The notes below the pieces were generated by a model. That model was given only the letters and a program-made list of their open reading frames with translations. It did not search any database and was not told the DNA's origin. From positions 1,280,001-1,344,000 of the forward strand of contig CAXXJV010000001.1 in the NCBI GenBank assembly GCA_963663475.2: a stretch of 64,000 nt of DNA. The letters are read 5' to 3'. Positions 9,436 to 19,255 of this stretch are shown here, piece by piece (the stretch's first letter is position 1; every line of letters begins with the position of its first letter). The position numbers and the translations under genes are program-made. This DNA comes from Candidatus Cloacimonadales bacterium. GTDB taxonomy: Bacteria > Cloacimonadota > Cloacimonadia > Cloacimonadales > JAFGVF01.

Positions 9436-9523
9436 GCAAAAGATAAATATTGACTTTTTTAGCTGGCTAAATCTTATTGAAGAAAAAATAAGATTAATAA
9501 ATTTAATCAAAAAAAGGGATATA

Positions 9524-10873
9524 ATGAAAATTACTAAATTAATATCTATCTTTCTAGTCTTCTTATTTATTGTTGCATGTTCTTCTAAGAAACCCAAAAA
9601 TGTTATTATAATGATTTCAGATGGAGCAGGATTTAATCATATTCTTGCTACAGATTATTATCAGTATGGTCAAAGTGGAAAACAGGTATATCAAAACTTT
9701 CCTGTAAAACTAGCCATGGCAACTTATTCTCTAGATGCTGAAGGATATGATTCAGACTTAGCTTGGAATGATAGTCTCTATATAGATAGTAAGTGGACAG
9801 ATTCAGCTGCTTCTGCAAGTGCATTATCTACAGGATATAAAACTATCAATGGCTATTTAGGAGTTAATGCTCAAAAAGAAAAGCTAGAACATTTTTCACA
9901 GTTTATTCATGGTAAAGGTAAGAAAATTGGAACAGTTACTACAGTTGTAGCTTGCCATGGTACACCAGCAGGCTTTACTATTCATAGTCCTTTTAGAAAA
10001 AATTACCCTGACATTTTTCAATCAATGATTCTTGATTCTAAGTTGTCAGTCATGTTTGGAGCTGGACTAGATGAATCTGATAATCTGCCAGATCATAAGA
10101 AATACTATTATGTAGGCAATAAAGCTTTTTGGAAGCAACTTGAAGCTGGTAACACTGCTTATGATTTAGATGGAGATTGGCAAGTAGATAAAAGTGTAGC
10201 TGATATAGATGGGGATGGTCAGCCTGATCCTTGGCAAATTATTAGAAATAAGGATGAATTCCTTAATATCACCAAAGATAATGCTCCCAAAAGACTTTTA
10301 GGAATCTTCAAGTCTAGAGCAAATGCCCAATATGACCGTAAGGGGGACAAACATCTGCCTCCTTTCCAAATTCCCTTAAGAGAAAATATCCCAAGCTTGA
10401 GTGAAATGTCTTCTGCTGCTTTAAATATTTTAGATAATGAGCAGGGCTTTTGGTTACTCATTGAAGGTGGGGCAGTAGATAAAGCTTCCCATGCTAATTG
10501 GAAGGGAAGAACAATTGAAGAACAGATTGATTTTAATCATGCTGTGGAAAGAACTGTGGAATGGATTGAAAACAATAGCTCATGGGATGAAACTCTACTT
10601 ATTGTTACTGCAGACCATGAAACAGGCCATATCTCTGGTCAAGCTAATATGTTACAAGAAATTGTTGCTCCTATTAAGCAAAGTTCAGCTGGTCTTATGC
10701 CTGAATTTTATTTTTTATCATCTGAACATACTAATTCATTAGTTCCATTTTTCGCTAAAGGAGTAGGTTCTGATACATTTATAGAGAGAGCAGATAAAGA
10801 AGATAAGGTGAGAGGAAAATATCTCCACTCAACAGATGTAGCTAAAAGCTTGTTTGATTTGTTCCAAGACTAA
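9524..10873 (+). CDS. Alkaline phosphatase (PhoA family) lipoprotein
   Basis: Lipobox IVAC; NVIIMISDG, TDSAAS catalytic Ser, EGGAVDKASH, VTADHETG. Confidence 0.9.
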   Translation: MKITKLISIFLVFLFIVACSSKKPKNVIIMISDGAGFNHILATDYYQYGQSGKQVYQNFPVKLAMATYSLDAEGYDSDLAWNDSLYIDSKWTDSAASASALSTGYKTINGYLGVNAQKEKLEHFSQFIHGKGKKIGTVTTVVACHGTPAGFTIHSPFRKNYPDIFQSMILDSKLSVMFGAGLDESDNLPDHKKYYYVGNKAFWKQLEAGNTAYDLDGDWQVDKSVADIDGDGQPDPWQIIRNKDEFLNITKDNAPKRLLGIFKSRANAQYDRKGDKHLPPFQIPLRENIPSLSEMSSAALNILDNEQGFWLLIEGGAVDKASHANWKGRTIEEQIDFNHAVERTVEWIENNSSWDETLLIVTADHETGHISGQANMLQEIVAPIKQSSAGLMPEFYFLSSEHTNSLVPFFAKGVGSDTFIERADKEDKVRGKYLHSTDVAKSLFDLFQD

Positions 10874-10902
10874 TAATTCTAGAAAAAATTATCCCTCTTT
10901 CC

Positions 10903-11000
10903 ACCCAAATAATGCAGTAGAACTTTGTGAATAGCACTCTTCACATGTGATACCTAGCTTTAGCGAAGTATTACTAAAGTTCTACTAGACTATCTGGGTT
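10903..11000 (+). mobile_element. Internally deleted MITE-A inside a terminator hairpin
   Basis: ACCCAAATAATGCAGTAGA ... TCTACTAGACTATCTGGGTT; flanked by ATCCCTCTTTC (10891-10901) and GAAAGAGGGAT (11016-11026). Confidence 0.75.
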
Positions 11001-11038
11001 CAAAATTATTTATTCGAAAGAGGGATTTTTATATTTTC

Positions 11039-12136
11039 TTATCTTAGTTTTTTTCTGTCATTACCAATTTTATCAACTGCTTTAAGAGCAAAAAATACTT
11101 GTTCAGGAGTGACACTAAACGCTTCATTATGAATAGTTTCTCCTTCTGCACAAGCTCTCTCAGCTACTTGCATAAGCTCTTGGTCAGAAACTTTATCAAG
11201 ACCAATATCAGCTAAAGTTGTTGGTAATCCGATGGATTCACAGAAGCTAAAGACTCTATGAATTTCTTCACTTGACTTATCTGTGAGTATAAGTGAGGTT
11301 AAAGTTCCTATAGCTACCTTTTCTCCATGGAAATAGGCATGACTAGCTTCAAGTACTGTTAATCCATTATGGACAGCGTGAGCAGTTGCTAAACCACCAC
11401 TTTCAAAGCCAAGTCCACTGAGTAAAGTATTAGCTTCAATAATATGCTCTAAGGCAGGTGTAACAGTCTTAGCATCACAAGCAATCTTAGCATCTAGACC
11501 ATACTCTAAAAGGGTGTTAAAGCATAATTCTGCTAGAGCAAAAGCAGTCATTGAACCATAATTACCTGTCATATTACTCGCATAGCTTTTTTTACAGCTT
11601 TGCGCTTCAAACCAGGTTGCTAAGGCATCACCCATTCCTGCAACTAAAAATCTACTAGGGGCATTAGCTACTATTTTTGAATCTAGGATTACTAAATCAG
11701 GATTCTTAGGTAGAACAAGATATCTTTTAAATTCTCCAGAATTTGTATAAATCACTGAAAGAGCACTACAAGGAGCATCGGTAGAAGCTAATGTGGGAAC
11801 AATCGCAACAGGAACATTCATAGCATGAGCCACTGCTTTAGCTGTATCAAGAGCCTTACCACCTCCAATACCAATAATAACATTTATCTCATCTTTTTTA
11901 GCAATATCTACTAATCTATCAATTTCTTCATCAGAACATTCACCTTCGAATTTGTTCCAGTTCACTGATATTTCTTTATCAACATAAGCTTTAAAGTTGC
12001 TTAGTAAAGTGTCATATACAAATGGATCGCAAATAGCAAAAGCTTTTGAGCCAAATCTTGCTACTTCAGAACCTAGTTTTTTTAATGTATCTGGTCCTTG
12101 TACATAACGACCTGGGAAAAGGGTTGTTGTTATCAT
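11039..12136 (-). CDS. gldA: Glycerol dehydrogenase
   Basis: PGRYVQG, GIGGGKALD, ASTDAPCSALSV, GFESGGL, HAVHNGLT, HGEKVA. Confidence 0.92.
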   Translation of the reverse strand: MITTTLFPGRYVQGPDTLKKLGSEVARFGSKAFAICDPFVYDTLLSNFKAYVDKEISVNWNKFEGECSDEEIDRLVDIAKKDEINVIIGIGGGKALDTAKAVAHAMNVPVAIVPTLASTDAPCSALSVIYTNSGEFKRYLVLPKNPDLVILDSKIVANAPSRFLVAGMGDALATWFEAQSCKKSYASNMTGNYGSMTAFALAELCFNTLLEYGLDAKIACDAKTVTPALEHIIEANTLLSGLGFESGGLATAHAVHNGLTVLEASHAYFHGEKVAIGTLTSLILTDKSSEEIHRVFSFCESIGLPTTLADIGLDKVSDQELMQVAERACAEGETIHNEAFSVTPEQVFFALKAVDKIGNDRKKLR

Positions 12137-12278
12137 ACTTATCTCCTTTCAATTTATTTTTTAAAGATCTTTACTATCTATTAAATAATAGGATAAATCT
12201 AAGTTTAAGAATTTTAATTATATACTAATTGATTAAGTCATTAAACCAAATTATTTCGATAAAATAATATCAAAATAT

Positions 12279-12337
12279 TTAACCCAAATGGTGCAGTAGC
12301 CCTATTCACTAAAGCTCTACTACACTATCTGGGATAA
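12279..12337 (+). mobile_element. Minimal MITE-A (59 bp, essentially two ends)
   Basis: TTAACCCAAATGGTGCAGTAG ... CTCTACTACACTATCTGGGATAA. Confidence 0.7.
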
Positions 12338-12457
12338 TATAGGAAAATGAGAATATTTCATTACTATATTGATTCATCAAAAATCCCTGAAAGGGATAAA
12401 ATAATTTAGCCCAGTGTAAGATGCTGAAAGTATCGCAAGCCTGCTTTTTGTTGGAGA

Positions 12458-12862
12458 CCAGACTTCCTCAACCGTAGGCAAGGGACTTCGGGTGAAGAGT
12501 GTCGGAAGTCGCTACTCCGTGAGCAACTCCCGTCACTCTTCATATAATCTTACTTGTAACTTTCTATTATCCATAATAATGCAGTAGCTCCTTAAGAATA
12601 GTACTATTTTAATTCACAAACATTACTGAGAAAAACTATATTCTCCTCTATTCTTCCATAATCCTTCCTTTACAGTCTTTCGATGAAACTGGGACTTTCA
12701 TCGAAAGACTGTAAAGGAAGGAATAAGGATGATAAGGGTATTGATAAGGCCAGACTTCCTCAAGCGTAGGTAAGGGACTTCGGGTGAATAGTGTCGGAAG
12801 TCGCTACTCCGTGAGCAACTCCCGTCACTCTTCATATAATCTTACTTGTAACTTTCTATTAT
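12458..12862 (+). repeat. 113-bp direct repeat pair (12458-12570 and 12750-12862) with internal hairpin, REP-like
   Basis: Three mismatches between copies; internal stem TGAAGAGTG...CACTCTTCA. Confidence 0.85.
12662..12722. repeat. Long palindrome (27-bp perfect arms, 7-nt loop)
   Basis: TCCTTCCTTTACAGTCTTTCGATGAAA / TTTCATCGAAAGACTGTAAAGGAAGGA; sister copy at 49510-49576. Confidence 0.9.
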
Positions 12863-12919
12863 TCATGCAATATGCTATAATGAAAGTCTCTTATTTACCA
12901 CCAGCCTTGAACAAGAACC

Positions 12920-12967
12920 AAAAAAATGCTAGGGTTAATAACTTAATAGAAATTCACCCTAGCATTT
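12920..12967 (-). terminator. ffh intrinsic terminator
   Basis: AAATGCTAGGGT / ACCCTAGCATTT stem with A run, just beyond the ffh stop. Confidence 0.65.
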
Positions 12968-12984
12968 ACTAAGAATAGAAAAGA

Positions 12985-14352
12985 TTATAGTTTCGGCATT
13001 CCTGGGATATCAGGCATTCCACCTTTGCCTCCCATTTTAGCCATTTTCTTCATCATTTTAGGATTATTCATCTTTTTAATCATATCTTTCATTTGATTAA
13101 ATTGTTTGAGTAATTTATTTACTTCTTGTACAGATCTTCCAGAGCCTTCAGCTATTCTTAAGCGTCGGCTACCATTGATGATTTTTGGATCAGACCTTTC
13201 TTTTAGTGTCATAGAATAGATAATTGCTTCAATATGGACAAGTTCCTTGCCAGACATATTTACATTAGCTAGAGCCTTGGAATTCATTCCAGGTATCATT
13301 TTTAGCAGTCCTTCAAGTGGTCCCATTTTTTTGATTTGCTGGAGTTGTTTAAGAAAGTCATCAAGGTCAAATTGATTTTTCTTTAATTTTTTAGCAAGCT
13401 TTTCAGCTTCTTCTTCATTCATTGTTGTTTCAGCTTTTTCAATAAGAGTAAGGACATCTCCCATACCTAGGATTCTGGATGCCATTCTATCAGCATAAAA
13501 AACTTCTAAGTCGCTAGGTCTTTCTCCAATACCTACATAAGCAATTGGTTTCTCAGTTATAGCCTTGATGGAAAGGGCAGCACCACCGCGTGAATCACCA
13601 TCAAGTTTGGTTAAAATAACTCCTGAAAAATCTAATTTATCATGAAATTCTTTAGCAACATTAACAGCATCTTGACCAGTCATAGCATCAGCTACAAAGA
13701 AGATATAATCTGGTTTAAGGAAATCTTTTAATCTTGCTACTTCATCCATCATCTCAGCGTCAATATGCAGACGTCCAGCTGTATCAAAAATTACAGCATT
13801 GTGATTTTGTTGATTAGCTATTGCCAGAGCATCTTTAGCAATTTTCACCACATCCTTACTTTCTAGGTTGGAATGTACTGGAACTCCAATTTCTTTACCT
13901 AAAACTTCTAATTGATGAATAGCAGCGGGGCGATAAACATCGCAAGCAACCATAGCGGGGAAGATGTTCTTTTGTTTGCGGAAGTGGGTAGCTAATTTGG
14001 AACAAGCTGTAGTTTTACCAGAACCTTGAAGTCCAACTAACATAATTTTGTTAATCTTATTATCATGAAGTTTTACTTCAAAACCATCAGTGTCCATTAG
14101 TTTAGTTAATTCATCATTAACAATTTTAACCACTTGTTGACCAGGTGTTAGAGACTTCATAACCTCTTGGCCTAGACACTGTTCTTCAATATCTTTGACG
14201 AACTTTTTAACAATTTTATAATTAACATCAGCTTCTAAAAGAGCCATTCTAATCTCACGTAAAGAATCTTTAATATTCTTTTCTGTGAGTTTTCCTTTTC
14301 CTTTTAGATTTTTAAATACTTTATCTAGTCTACTTGATAAGTCGTTAAACAT
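12985..14352 (-). CDS. ffh: Signal recognition particle protein Ffh
   Basis: ALLEADV, GLQGSGKTT, DTAGR, TKLDGDSRGGAALS, Met-rich M domain. Confidence 0.98.
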   Translation of the reverse strand: MFNDLSSRLDKVFKNLKGKGKLTEKNIKDSLREIRMALLEADVNYKIVKKFVKDIEEQCLGQEVMKSLTPGQQVVKIVNDELTKLMDTDGFEVKLHDNKINKIMLVGLQGSGKTTACSKLATHFRKQKNIFPAMVACDVYRPAAIHQLEVLGKEIGVPVHSNLESKDVVKIAKDALAIANQQNHNAVIFDTAGRLHIDAEMMDEVARLKDFLKPDYIFFVADAMTGQDAVNVAKEFHDKLDFSGVILTKLDGDSRGGAALSIKAITEKPIAYVGIGERPSDLEVFYADRMASRILGMGDVLTLIEKAETTMNEEEAEKLAKKLKKNQFDLDDFLKQLQQIKKMGPLEGLLKMIPGMNSKALANVNMSGKELVHIEAIIYSMTLKERSDPKIINGSRRLRIAEGSGRSVQEVNKLLKQFNQMKDMIKKMNNPKMMKKMAKMGGKGGMPDIPGMPKL

Positions 14353-14362
14353 AATTTCTCCA

Positions 14363-15004
14363 TTATTTTAAAGAATTAATAGCTGAAGTATAGTCATTAG
14401 ATTTAAAAATAAAAGAACCTGCTACCAAAATATCTACTCCAGCTTCAATTAATTTTGGAGCATTTTGATTATTGACTCCGCCATCAATTTCAATTTTAAA
14501 AGTTAAATTCTTTTCTTTTCTTATTCTACTTAATTCTTTTATTTTAGAATAAGTATTTGAGATAAATGATTGTCCTCCATAACCTGGATTAACTGACATA
14601 ATTAGCACAAAATCTAAATCACTTAAAACTTCTTCTATCAATGATATTGAGTCTCCCGGATTCAAAGCAAGTCCTGCTTTAATACCTAATTCTTTTATTT
14701 TATATATTTCTCTATGGAGGTGATGAACTGTTGAAGGATGAAAAGAAATCATAGCAACACGTAAATTAGCTAAAAATTTGTAATAATCAGAAGGATTTGT
14801 AACCATTAGGTGGACATCTAATGGAATAGTGCTAATAGTGTTTATTCTTTCGATAATAGGATTACCGAAGGTTAAGTTAGGTACATAATGTCCATCCATA
14901 ACATCAATATGGAGTAAATCGGAACCAGCTTTAATAACAGCTGTTAGATCTTGCTGTAAGTTAGCAAAATCAGCAGATAGTATTGAAGGTGATACTTTAA
15001 CCAT
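14363..15004 (-). CDS. rpe: Ribulose-phosphate 3-epimerase
   Basis: SPSILSADF, HIDVMDGHYVPN, MSVNPGYGGQ, IDGGV; start probably MVKV at 15004. Confidence 0.95.
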   Translation of the reverse strand: MVKVSPSILSADFANLQQDLTAVIKAGSDLLHIDVMDGHYVPNLTFGNPIIERINTISTIPLDVHLMVTNPSDYYKFLANLRVAMISFHPSTVHHLHREIYKIKELGIKAGLALNPGDSISLIEEVLSDLDFVLIMSVNPGYGGQSFISNTYSKIKELSRIRKEKNLTFKIEIDGGVNNQNAPKLIEAGVDILVAGSFIFKSNDYTSAINSLK

Positions 15005-15302
15005 TTTTTTTCTCACTTAGTAAAAAGACAAGGTTAGTAATTTGCGAACTAATATCTCTTGCTACAACCTTGTTTAGTTTTTTTATTAATGCACTCTTCA
15101 TTAAGACAAACTCTTGTAGCCAAACACTAGAATCTACCCCAACATAGAGAGTTTTATTTTGATATTTTAAAACAGAAGAATGCTCTGCCATAAAGGAACC
15201 AACAACAGTCTTCCATGACAGAGCAATAACTATTAAATCATGATATCTATCTCCTCCAATGTTAAAAAGCACAGAGGAGATAGAATTCTTAATATTTTTC
15301 AA
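14997..15302 (-). CDS. dciA: DUF721 / DciA-family helicase loader
   Basis: W..VVG..A.HS...LYVGVDSSVWLQE pattern of DUF721; about 100 aa. Confidence 0.65.
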   Translation of the reverse strand: MKNIKNSISSVLFNIGGDRYHDLIVIALSWKTVVGSFMAEHSSVLKYQNKTLYVGVDSSVWLQEFVLMKSALIKKLNKVVARDISSQITNLVFLLSEKKNG

Positions 15303-15305
15303 TTA

Positions 15306-15692
15306 TTATACACTTTTTTTCAAGGCTAAAGAAAATCCAGCCCATGATAAAAGAGAGACAGCCACCAGTGTTAAATATGCGGTTCCCAATGCATTTGAAC
15401 CATTATCAAATGGCATCATCAACATTGCAGGTACAAAAGCAATAACTATTATCATTAAATAACCTAACACTTTAAAGTTAGTAGTCTTCTTAATGTTAAT
15501 TAAATAATAAGCTACTAAACCAGCTAATACTACAACTATAGTTACCAAAGTTATTAGTAAAAGACCAGTGAATGTATGTTCATTACTCATCAAATTTCTA
15601 AAATCAAAATTTGATCGTACATAAGAAGGTATAAAGATACCTATTATTACTAATAAATACCCGACCACTTTGAGAACCATCTTATTAACCAT
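15306..15692 (-). CDS. Hypothetical 4-TM membrane protein
   Basis: Four hydrophobic segments; RBS GGAG; embedded in the operon. Confidence 0.7.
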   Translation of the reverse strand: MVNKMVLKVVGYLLVIIGIFIPSYVRSNFDFRNLMSNEHTFTGLLLITLVTIVVVLAGLVAYYLINIKKTTNFKVLGYLMIIVIAFVPAMLMMPFDNGSNALGTAYLTLVAVSLLSWAGFSLALKKSV

Positions 15693-15701
15693 GGAAAACT
15701 C

Positions 15702-16151
15702 CTATATCTCTTCTTTAACTACTGATACTACAACAGTAGCAGTTAAATCTGATCCAAAGCTGATTTCAACTTGTGAATCACCAATCTCTTTAATATGTTT
15801 TTCGATATGAACGTTGTTTTTATTAATTTCAACACCTTTTTCTTTAATAGCTTCCACAATATCAAATTCTGATACTGAACCATAAAGATTACCGTTTTCA
15901 TCAGCTTTTCTATTGAAAGTTAGAGTCATATTGCTAAGTTGAGCTAATTTAGCTTTGTTTTCTTCTAACTTAATATTTCTTACTTTTTCTGCATCAGCCT
16001 TGATAGCTTCAATTTTCTTTAAAGCATCTTTAGTAGCCATTACTGCAAAATTTTGTGGTAAAAGATAATTTCTTCCATAACCGTTTTTAACTGTAACTAC
16101 ATCACCGGCCATACCTAAATCTTTTACATCTTTAATTAATATTAATTTCAT
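15702..16151 (-). CDS. rplI: 50S ribosomal protein L9
   Basis: LGMAGDVVTVKNGYGRNYLLP; LYGSV. Confidence 0.97.
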   Translation of the reverse strand: MKLILIKDVKDLGMAGDVVTVKNGYGRNYLLPQNFAVMATKDALKKIEAIKADAEKVRNIKLEENKAKLAQLSNMTLTFNRKADENGNLYGSVSEFDIVEAIKEKGVEINKNNVHIEKHIKEIGDSQVEISFGSDLTATVVVSVVKEEI

Positions 16152-16984
16152 TTTTTTACTCCATTTTTTAAGTTAAACCAAATATCAATTAATCCCACTA
16201 TACAACTAACAAGTATAAAAATGTGAAAATTAAGTAATATTATAATGTAAGTTAATATTCTTAATAAAGTATTATTAAATGTTGAACCTAAGAGCCAAAG
16301 CCAAACTATCGGAAAGCCCTGGATAGCTAATAATAAGACAAATGTAATAGTTATAGGTAATCCTATAAAACGGGTCTGTTGAAATATCGCTAAAGCAAAA
16401 CCCAACATCATTACATATATCAAACTATCAGGAAGTTTATAGGCTATAGTATGAAATTTCATAATTACATTTTTCCTTGTGAAAATCATACCTGTTACCA
16501 AGGCAAATATCATGGGAATTATCCAGAAGAGCTCAATATTATTAAAATATGAATCTATCATTTTTAAATATTCAGTTTCTAAGTTTTCATAATTCTCAAA
16601 AAGTGCTCTGTTAGCATCTAATTGACTGATAATTAGGTCTTTTGACGCTAATAAACTATCAGCAAATAGATACTTTCTCAGAAAACCATAACATAATTGG
16701 AAGAGAGCATAGAAAGAAAAAGCATTTCTATAACCACTTGAGACATAGATCTGGCTGAAAAGATAAGTTGCTAATCCAATTCCTATCAGAACATCAGCTA
16801 TTCTTAACATATCCATTTGCATGACTAAAGCAGATACTATTACTACTATTCCAAATATGCCAAAGCCGATATTTACATCTTTGGCCTTTTTTCTTAGTAA
16901 ATCACATATATTAACTGTCCAAAAGATCAAACCCCAGAAAGGGGAAATTATAGAGACTAAACTTGATACTACAGCAAGTAACAC
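16148..16984 (-). CDS. Membrane protein, DUF2232/YybS-like
   Basis: Multi-TM; C-terminal GLIDIWFNL motif; conserved position between rpsR and rplI. Confidence 0.7.
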   Translation of the reverse strand: MLLAVVSSLVSIISPFWGLIFWTVNICDLLRKKAKDVNIGFGIFGIVVIVSALVMQMDMLRIADVLIGIGLATYLFSQIYVSSGYRNAFSFYALFQLCYGFLRKYLFADSLLASKDLIISQLDANRALFENYENLETEYLKMIDSYFNNIELFWIIPMIFALVTGMIFTRKNVIMKFHTIAYKLPDSLIYVMMLGFALAIFQQTRFIGLPITITFVLLLAIQGFPIVWLWLLGSTFNNTLLRILTYIIILLNFHIFILVSCIVGLIDIWFNLKNGVKK

Positions 16985-16986
16985 TT

Positions 16987-17220
16987 TTAGTCAGCGATGT
17001 ATGGCATTAAAGCCATGTGACGTGCTTTTTTAATTTCGTTTGAAAGTTTTCTTTGATGCTTTGCACATGTTCCAGTTAATCTTGCAGGTTCAATTTTACC
17101 TACTTCTGAAATGAACTGTTTTAAAACATCTGTATTTTTATAATTTATTTCCAAATCTTGATTCTTGCAGAATCTACAGAATTTTTTCTTACCATATTTT
17201 CTTTTTTTATCGTAAAGCAT
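16987..17220 (-). CDS. rpsR: 30S ribosomal protein S18 (zinc-binding form)
   Basis: CRFC...[22 protein letters not shown]. Confidence 0.97.
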   Translation of the reverse strand: MLYDKKRKYGKKKFCRFCKNQDLEINYKNTDVLKQFISEVGKIEPARLTGTCAKHQRKLSNEIKKARHMALMPYIAD

Positions 17221-17234
17221 GTTTTCTCCTTTAA

Positions 17235-17729
17235 TTAAAACGGTACGTCGTCGTTAACAAAATCAGGCTCAGGACGACTAGTCTGCTGGCTTCTTTCGTT
17301 GTTATTTTGATTATAGTTATTTTGCTGACCAGAATTACTTTGTTGGTTGTAATTATTGTCATCATAACTATTTCCGTCCGTCTTATTTGTTTCTAAACTC
17401 TGAATTTTTGTAACGTGAATATCAGTTATTCTTCTATTTTGTCCATCTTGTGTTGTATAAGAATGCTGTTGTAAGCGACCTTCAACAAGAACAGGACTGC
17501 CTTTTTTTAAAGTATTATTAAGTCTTTCAGCTTGAGGACCCCAGATGTTTATATCCATAAACACGGCACGATCAACCCATTGATTAGCCTGTTTATCCCA
17601 ATACCCATCATCAATAGCAATATTGCAACGTAGAACAGCAGCTCCACTCGGGGTGTACCTTAATTCACCATCTCTTGTTAATCTACCAGAGACAATAAGT
17701 GAATTTAGCTTTGGAAATCTTAAATCCAT
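17235..17729 (-). CDS. ssb: Single-stranded DNA-binding protein
   Basis: [27 protein letters not shown]-terminal DDVPF. Confidence 0.97.
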   Translation of the reverse strand: MDLRFPKLNSLIVSGRLTRDGELRYTPSGAAVLRCNIAIDDGYWDKQANQWVDRAVFMDINIWGPQAERLNNTLKKGSPVLVEGRLQQHSYTTQDGQNRRITDIHVTKIQSLETNKTDGNSYDDNNYNQQSNSGQQNNYNQNNNERSQQTSRPEPDFVNDDVPF

Positions 17730-17737
17730 AATAACCT

Positions 17738-18025
17738 CTAATCTAAAACAAGAAGGTTATGTCTGATTACATTTTCATCAATTCGATAATTATCTTCAAG
17801 AACTTTCACTTCGTCGGCATCCATTGTGAAATAGTAGATATAATAATATCCCTCTGTAGCTTTATTAATAGGGTAAGCAAGAACTCTTTTTCCCATATCA
17901 TCAGCTTTTACAATTTCGCCACCATTATTTGTGATTATATTTGAGTATTTTGCAATAATCTCTTTAATCGCATCTGGTGCAAGTTTAGCATTAAGAATAA
18001 TCATACTCTCGTAATTTCTAACCAT
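17738..18025 (-). CDS. rpsF: 30S ribosomal protein S6
   Basis: RNYESMII, MGKRVLAYPI, DENVIRH. Confidence 0.97.
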   Translation of the reverse strand: MVRNYESMIILNAKLAPDAIKEIIAKYSNIITNNGGEIVKADDMGKRVLAYPINKATEGYYYIYYFTMDADEVKVLEDNYRIDENVIRHNLLVLD

Positions 18026-18041
18026 TTATTCCTCCCTATGG

Positions 18042-18617
18042 TCAGTTGATCCCGATTTTCTCGGAATAGGTAACATAATTTGCACTATTGTAGTTTAATA
18101 ATTCTTCAATACCATGAGAAATATAGGTATCAATTAATTCTACCATGTACTCATTTAGTTGGTTAATTTGTTTCATCTCCTGCTTGTCAAATTTATCAAG
18201 CACAAAGTCTCTCACATCTTTCGAATTAGGACGTCCAATTCCTATCCTAACTCTTCCATACTCATCACTATTTAGAGCATCTCTAATGGACTTTAATCCA
18301 TTATGCCCACCTGTACCACCTTTACCACGTATTCTTATCTTGCCAAAGGGTAAGTCTAAATCATCAACAATAACTAAAATTTCATTAATATTATTGAACT
18401 TAGTCATTGCACTCTGAATAGCAATACCACTTAGATTCATATAAGTAGTAGGTTTAATGATAATAGCATCAGAATATTTCGTAAAGTAATAATTCTTTGT
18501 CTTTGTAAAACTAAGATTATACTTTTTAGCAAAGTAGTCCACTGTAATAAAACCGATATTATGGCGGGTTTGAGAATATGACTTCCCAATATTACCTAAT
18601 CCCACAATCAACTTCAT
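18042..18617 (-). CDS. pth: Peptidyl-tRNA hydrolase
   Basis: LIVGLGN, TRHNIGF, KPTTYMNLSG, GGHNGLKS, RIGIGRP. Confidence 0.97.
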   Translation of the reverse strand: MKLIVGLGNIGKSYSQTRHNIGFITVDYFAKKYNLSFTKTKNYYFTKYSDAIIIKPTTYMNLSGIAIQSAMTKFNNINEILVIVDDLDLPFGKIRIRGKGGTGGHNGLKSIRDALNSDEYGRVRIGIGRPNSKDVRDFVLDKFDKQEMKQINQLNEYMVELIDTYISHGIEELLNYNSANYVTYSEKIGIN

Positions 18618-18619
18618 TA

Positions 18620-19231
18620 TTATTCAGCAGATTCCTCATTAGCAGCAGCTTCTTCTTGACCTTCTTCCACTTCCTCAGTTACTTTACTCTTATCATGAAC
18701 TACGATAATAGTAACGTCATCAGAATCTTTGATTTTTACATTAGGAATTACGATATCCTTAATGTGTAAAGAATCTCCGATTTCTAATCCTGAGATATCA
18801 ACCTGAACATCTTCAGGAATGTCTTTAGGTAAACATGCAATAGAAAGATTTCTAACGATGATATCAACAATACCACCCATCTTTGCACCTGCAGGTTCGC
18901 CAACATATTTGATAGGAAGAGATAAAGAAACTTCATGGCCTGGATTGAGAAGTAAGAAGTCAACATGTAAAATGTCACGTCTTACAGGGTGAATTTGCTT
19001 GTCTTTAAGAATGCAACGATGTTCTTTACCATCGATAACAATATTAAATACCGCTAATTCGCCAATACTCTTTTTGTAGGCTTTCATAAAATCAGGAGCA
19101 TTAAATTGGATTGGTAAACCCTCTTCTCCTTGACCATACATAATACCAGGAATATTGAATCCCTTTCTTAAGTCTTTACGGTCTGATTTTTTGCCTAGTG
19201 TTCTTTTTCCAGCTTCGATTTTGATAACCAT
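18620..19231 (-). CDS. rplY: 50S ribosomal protein L25 (Ctc, long form)
   Basis: IPGIMYG, QIHPV..ILHVDF, IPEDVQVDIS.LEIGDS. Confidence 0.95.
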   Translation of the reverse strand: MVIKIEAGKRTLGKKSDRKDLRKGFNIPGIMYGQGEEGLPIQFNAPDFMKAYKKSIGELAVFNIVIDGKEHRCILKDKQIHPVRRDILHVDFLLLNPGHEVSLSLPIKYVGEPAGAKMGGIVDIIVRNLSIACLPKDIPEDVQVDISGLEIGDSLHIKDIVIPNVKIKDSDDVTIIVVHDKSKVTEEVEEGQEEAAANEESAE

Positions 19232-19255
19232 TGTTCCTCCACATTCGTTTCTGTT

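Larger units (their letters stand above)
12331..12919 (+). mobile_element. Rearranged MITE-B remnant containing other repeats
   Basis: 12331-12443 matches the left interior of MITE-B copy 1; right part ends in CCACCAGCCTTGAACAAGAACC (MITE-B terminal repeat). Confidence 0.7.

Noticed and set aside
12784-12972. 62-aa ORF, and the 9248-9439 ORF
   Set aside because: Both lie in MITE or repeat DNA with no RBS or recognisable domain.
18026-18075. S6:S18 autoregulatory leader before rpsF
   Set aside because: A hairpin can be drawn (TTCCGA/TCGGGA, CCTAT/ATAGG) but it overlaps pth coding sequence and the conserved motif cannot be confirmed by eye.
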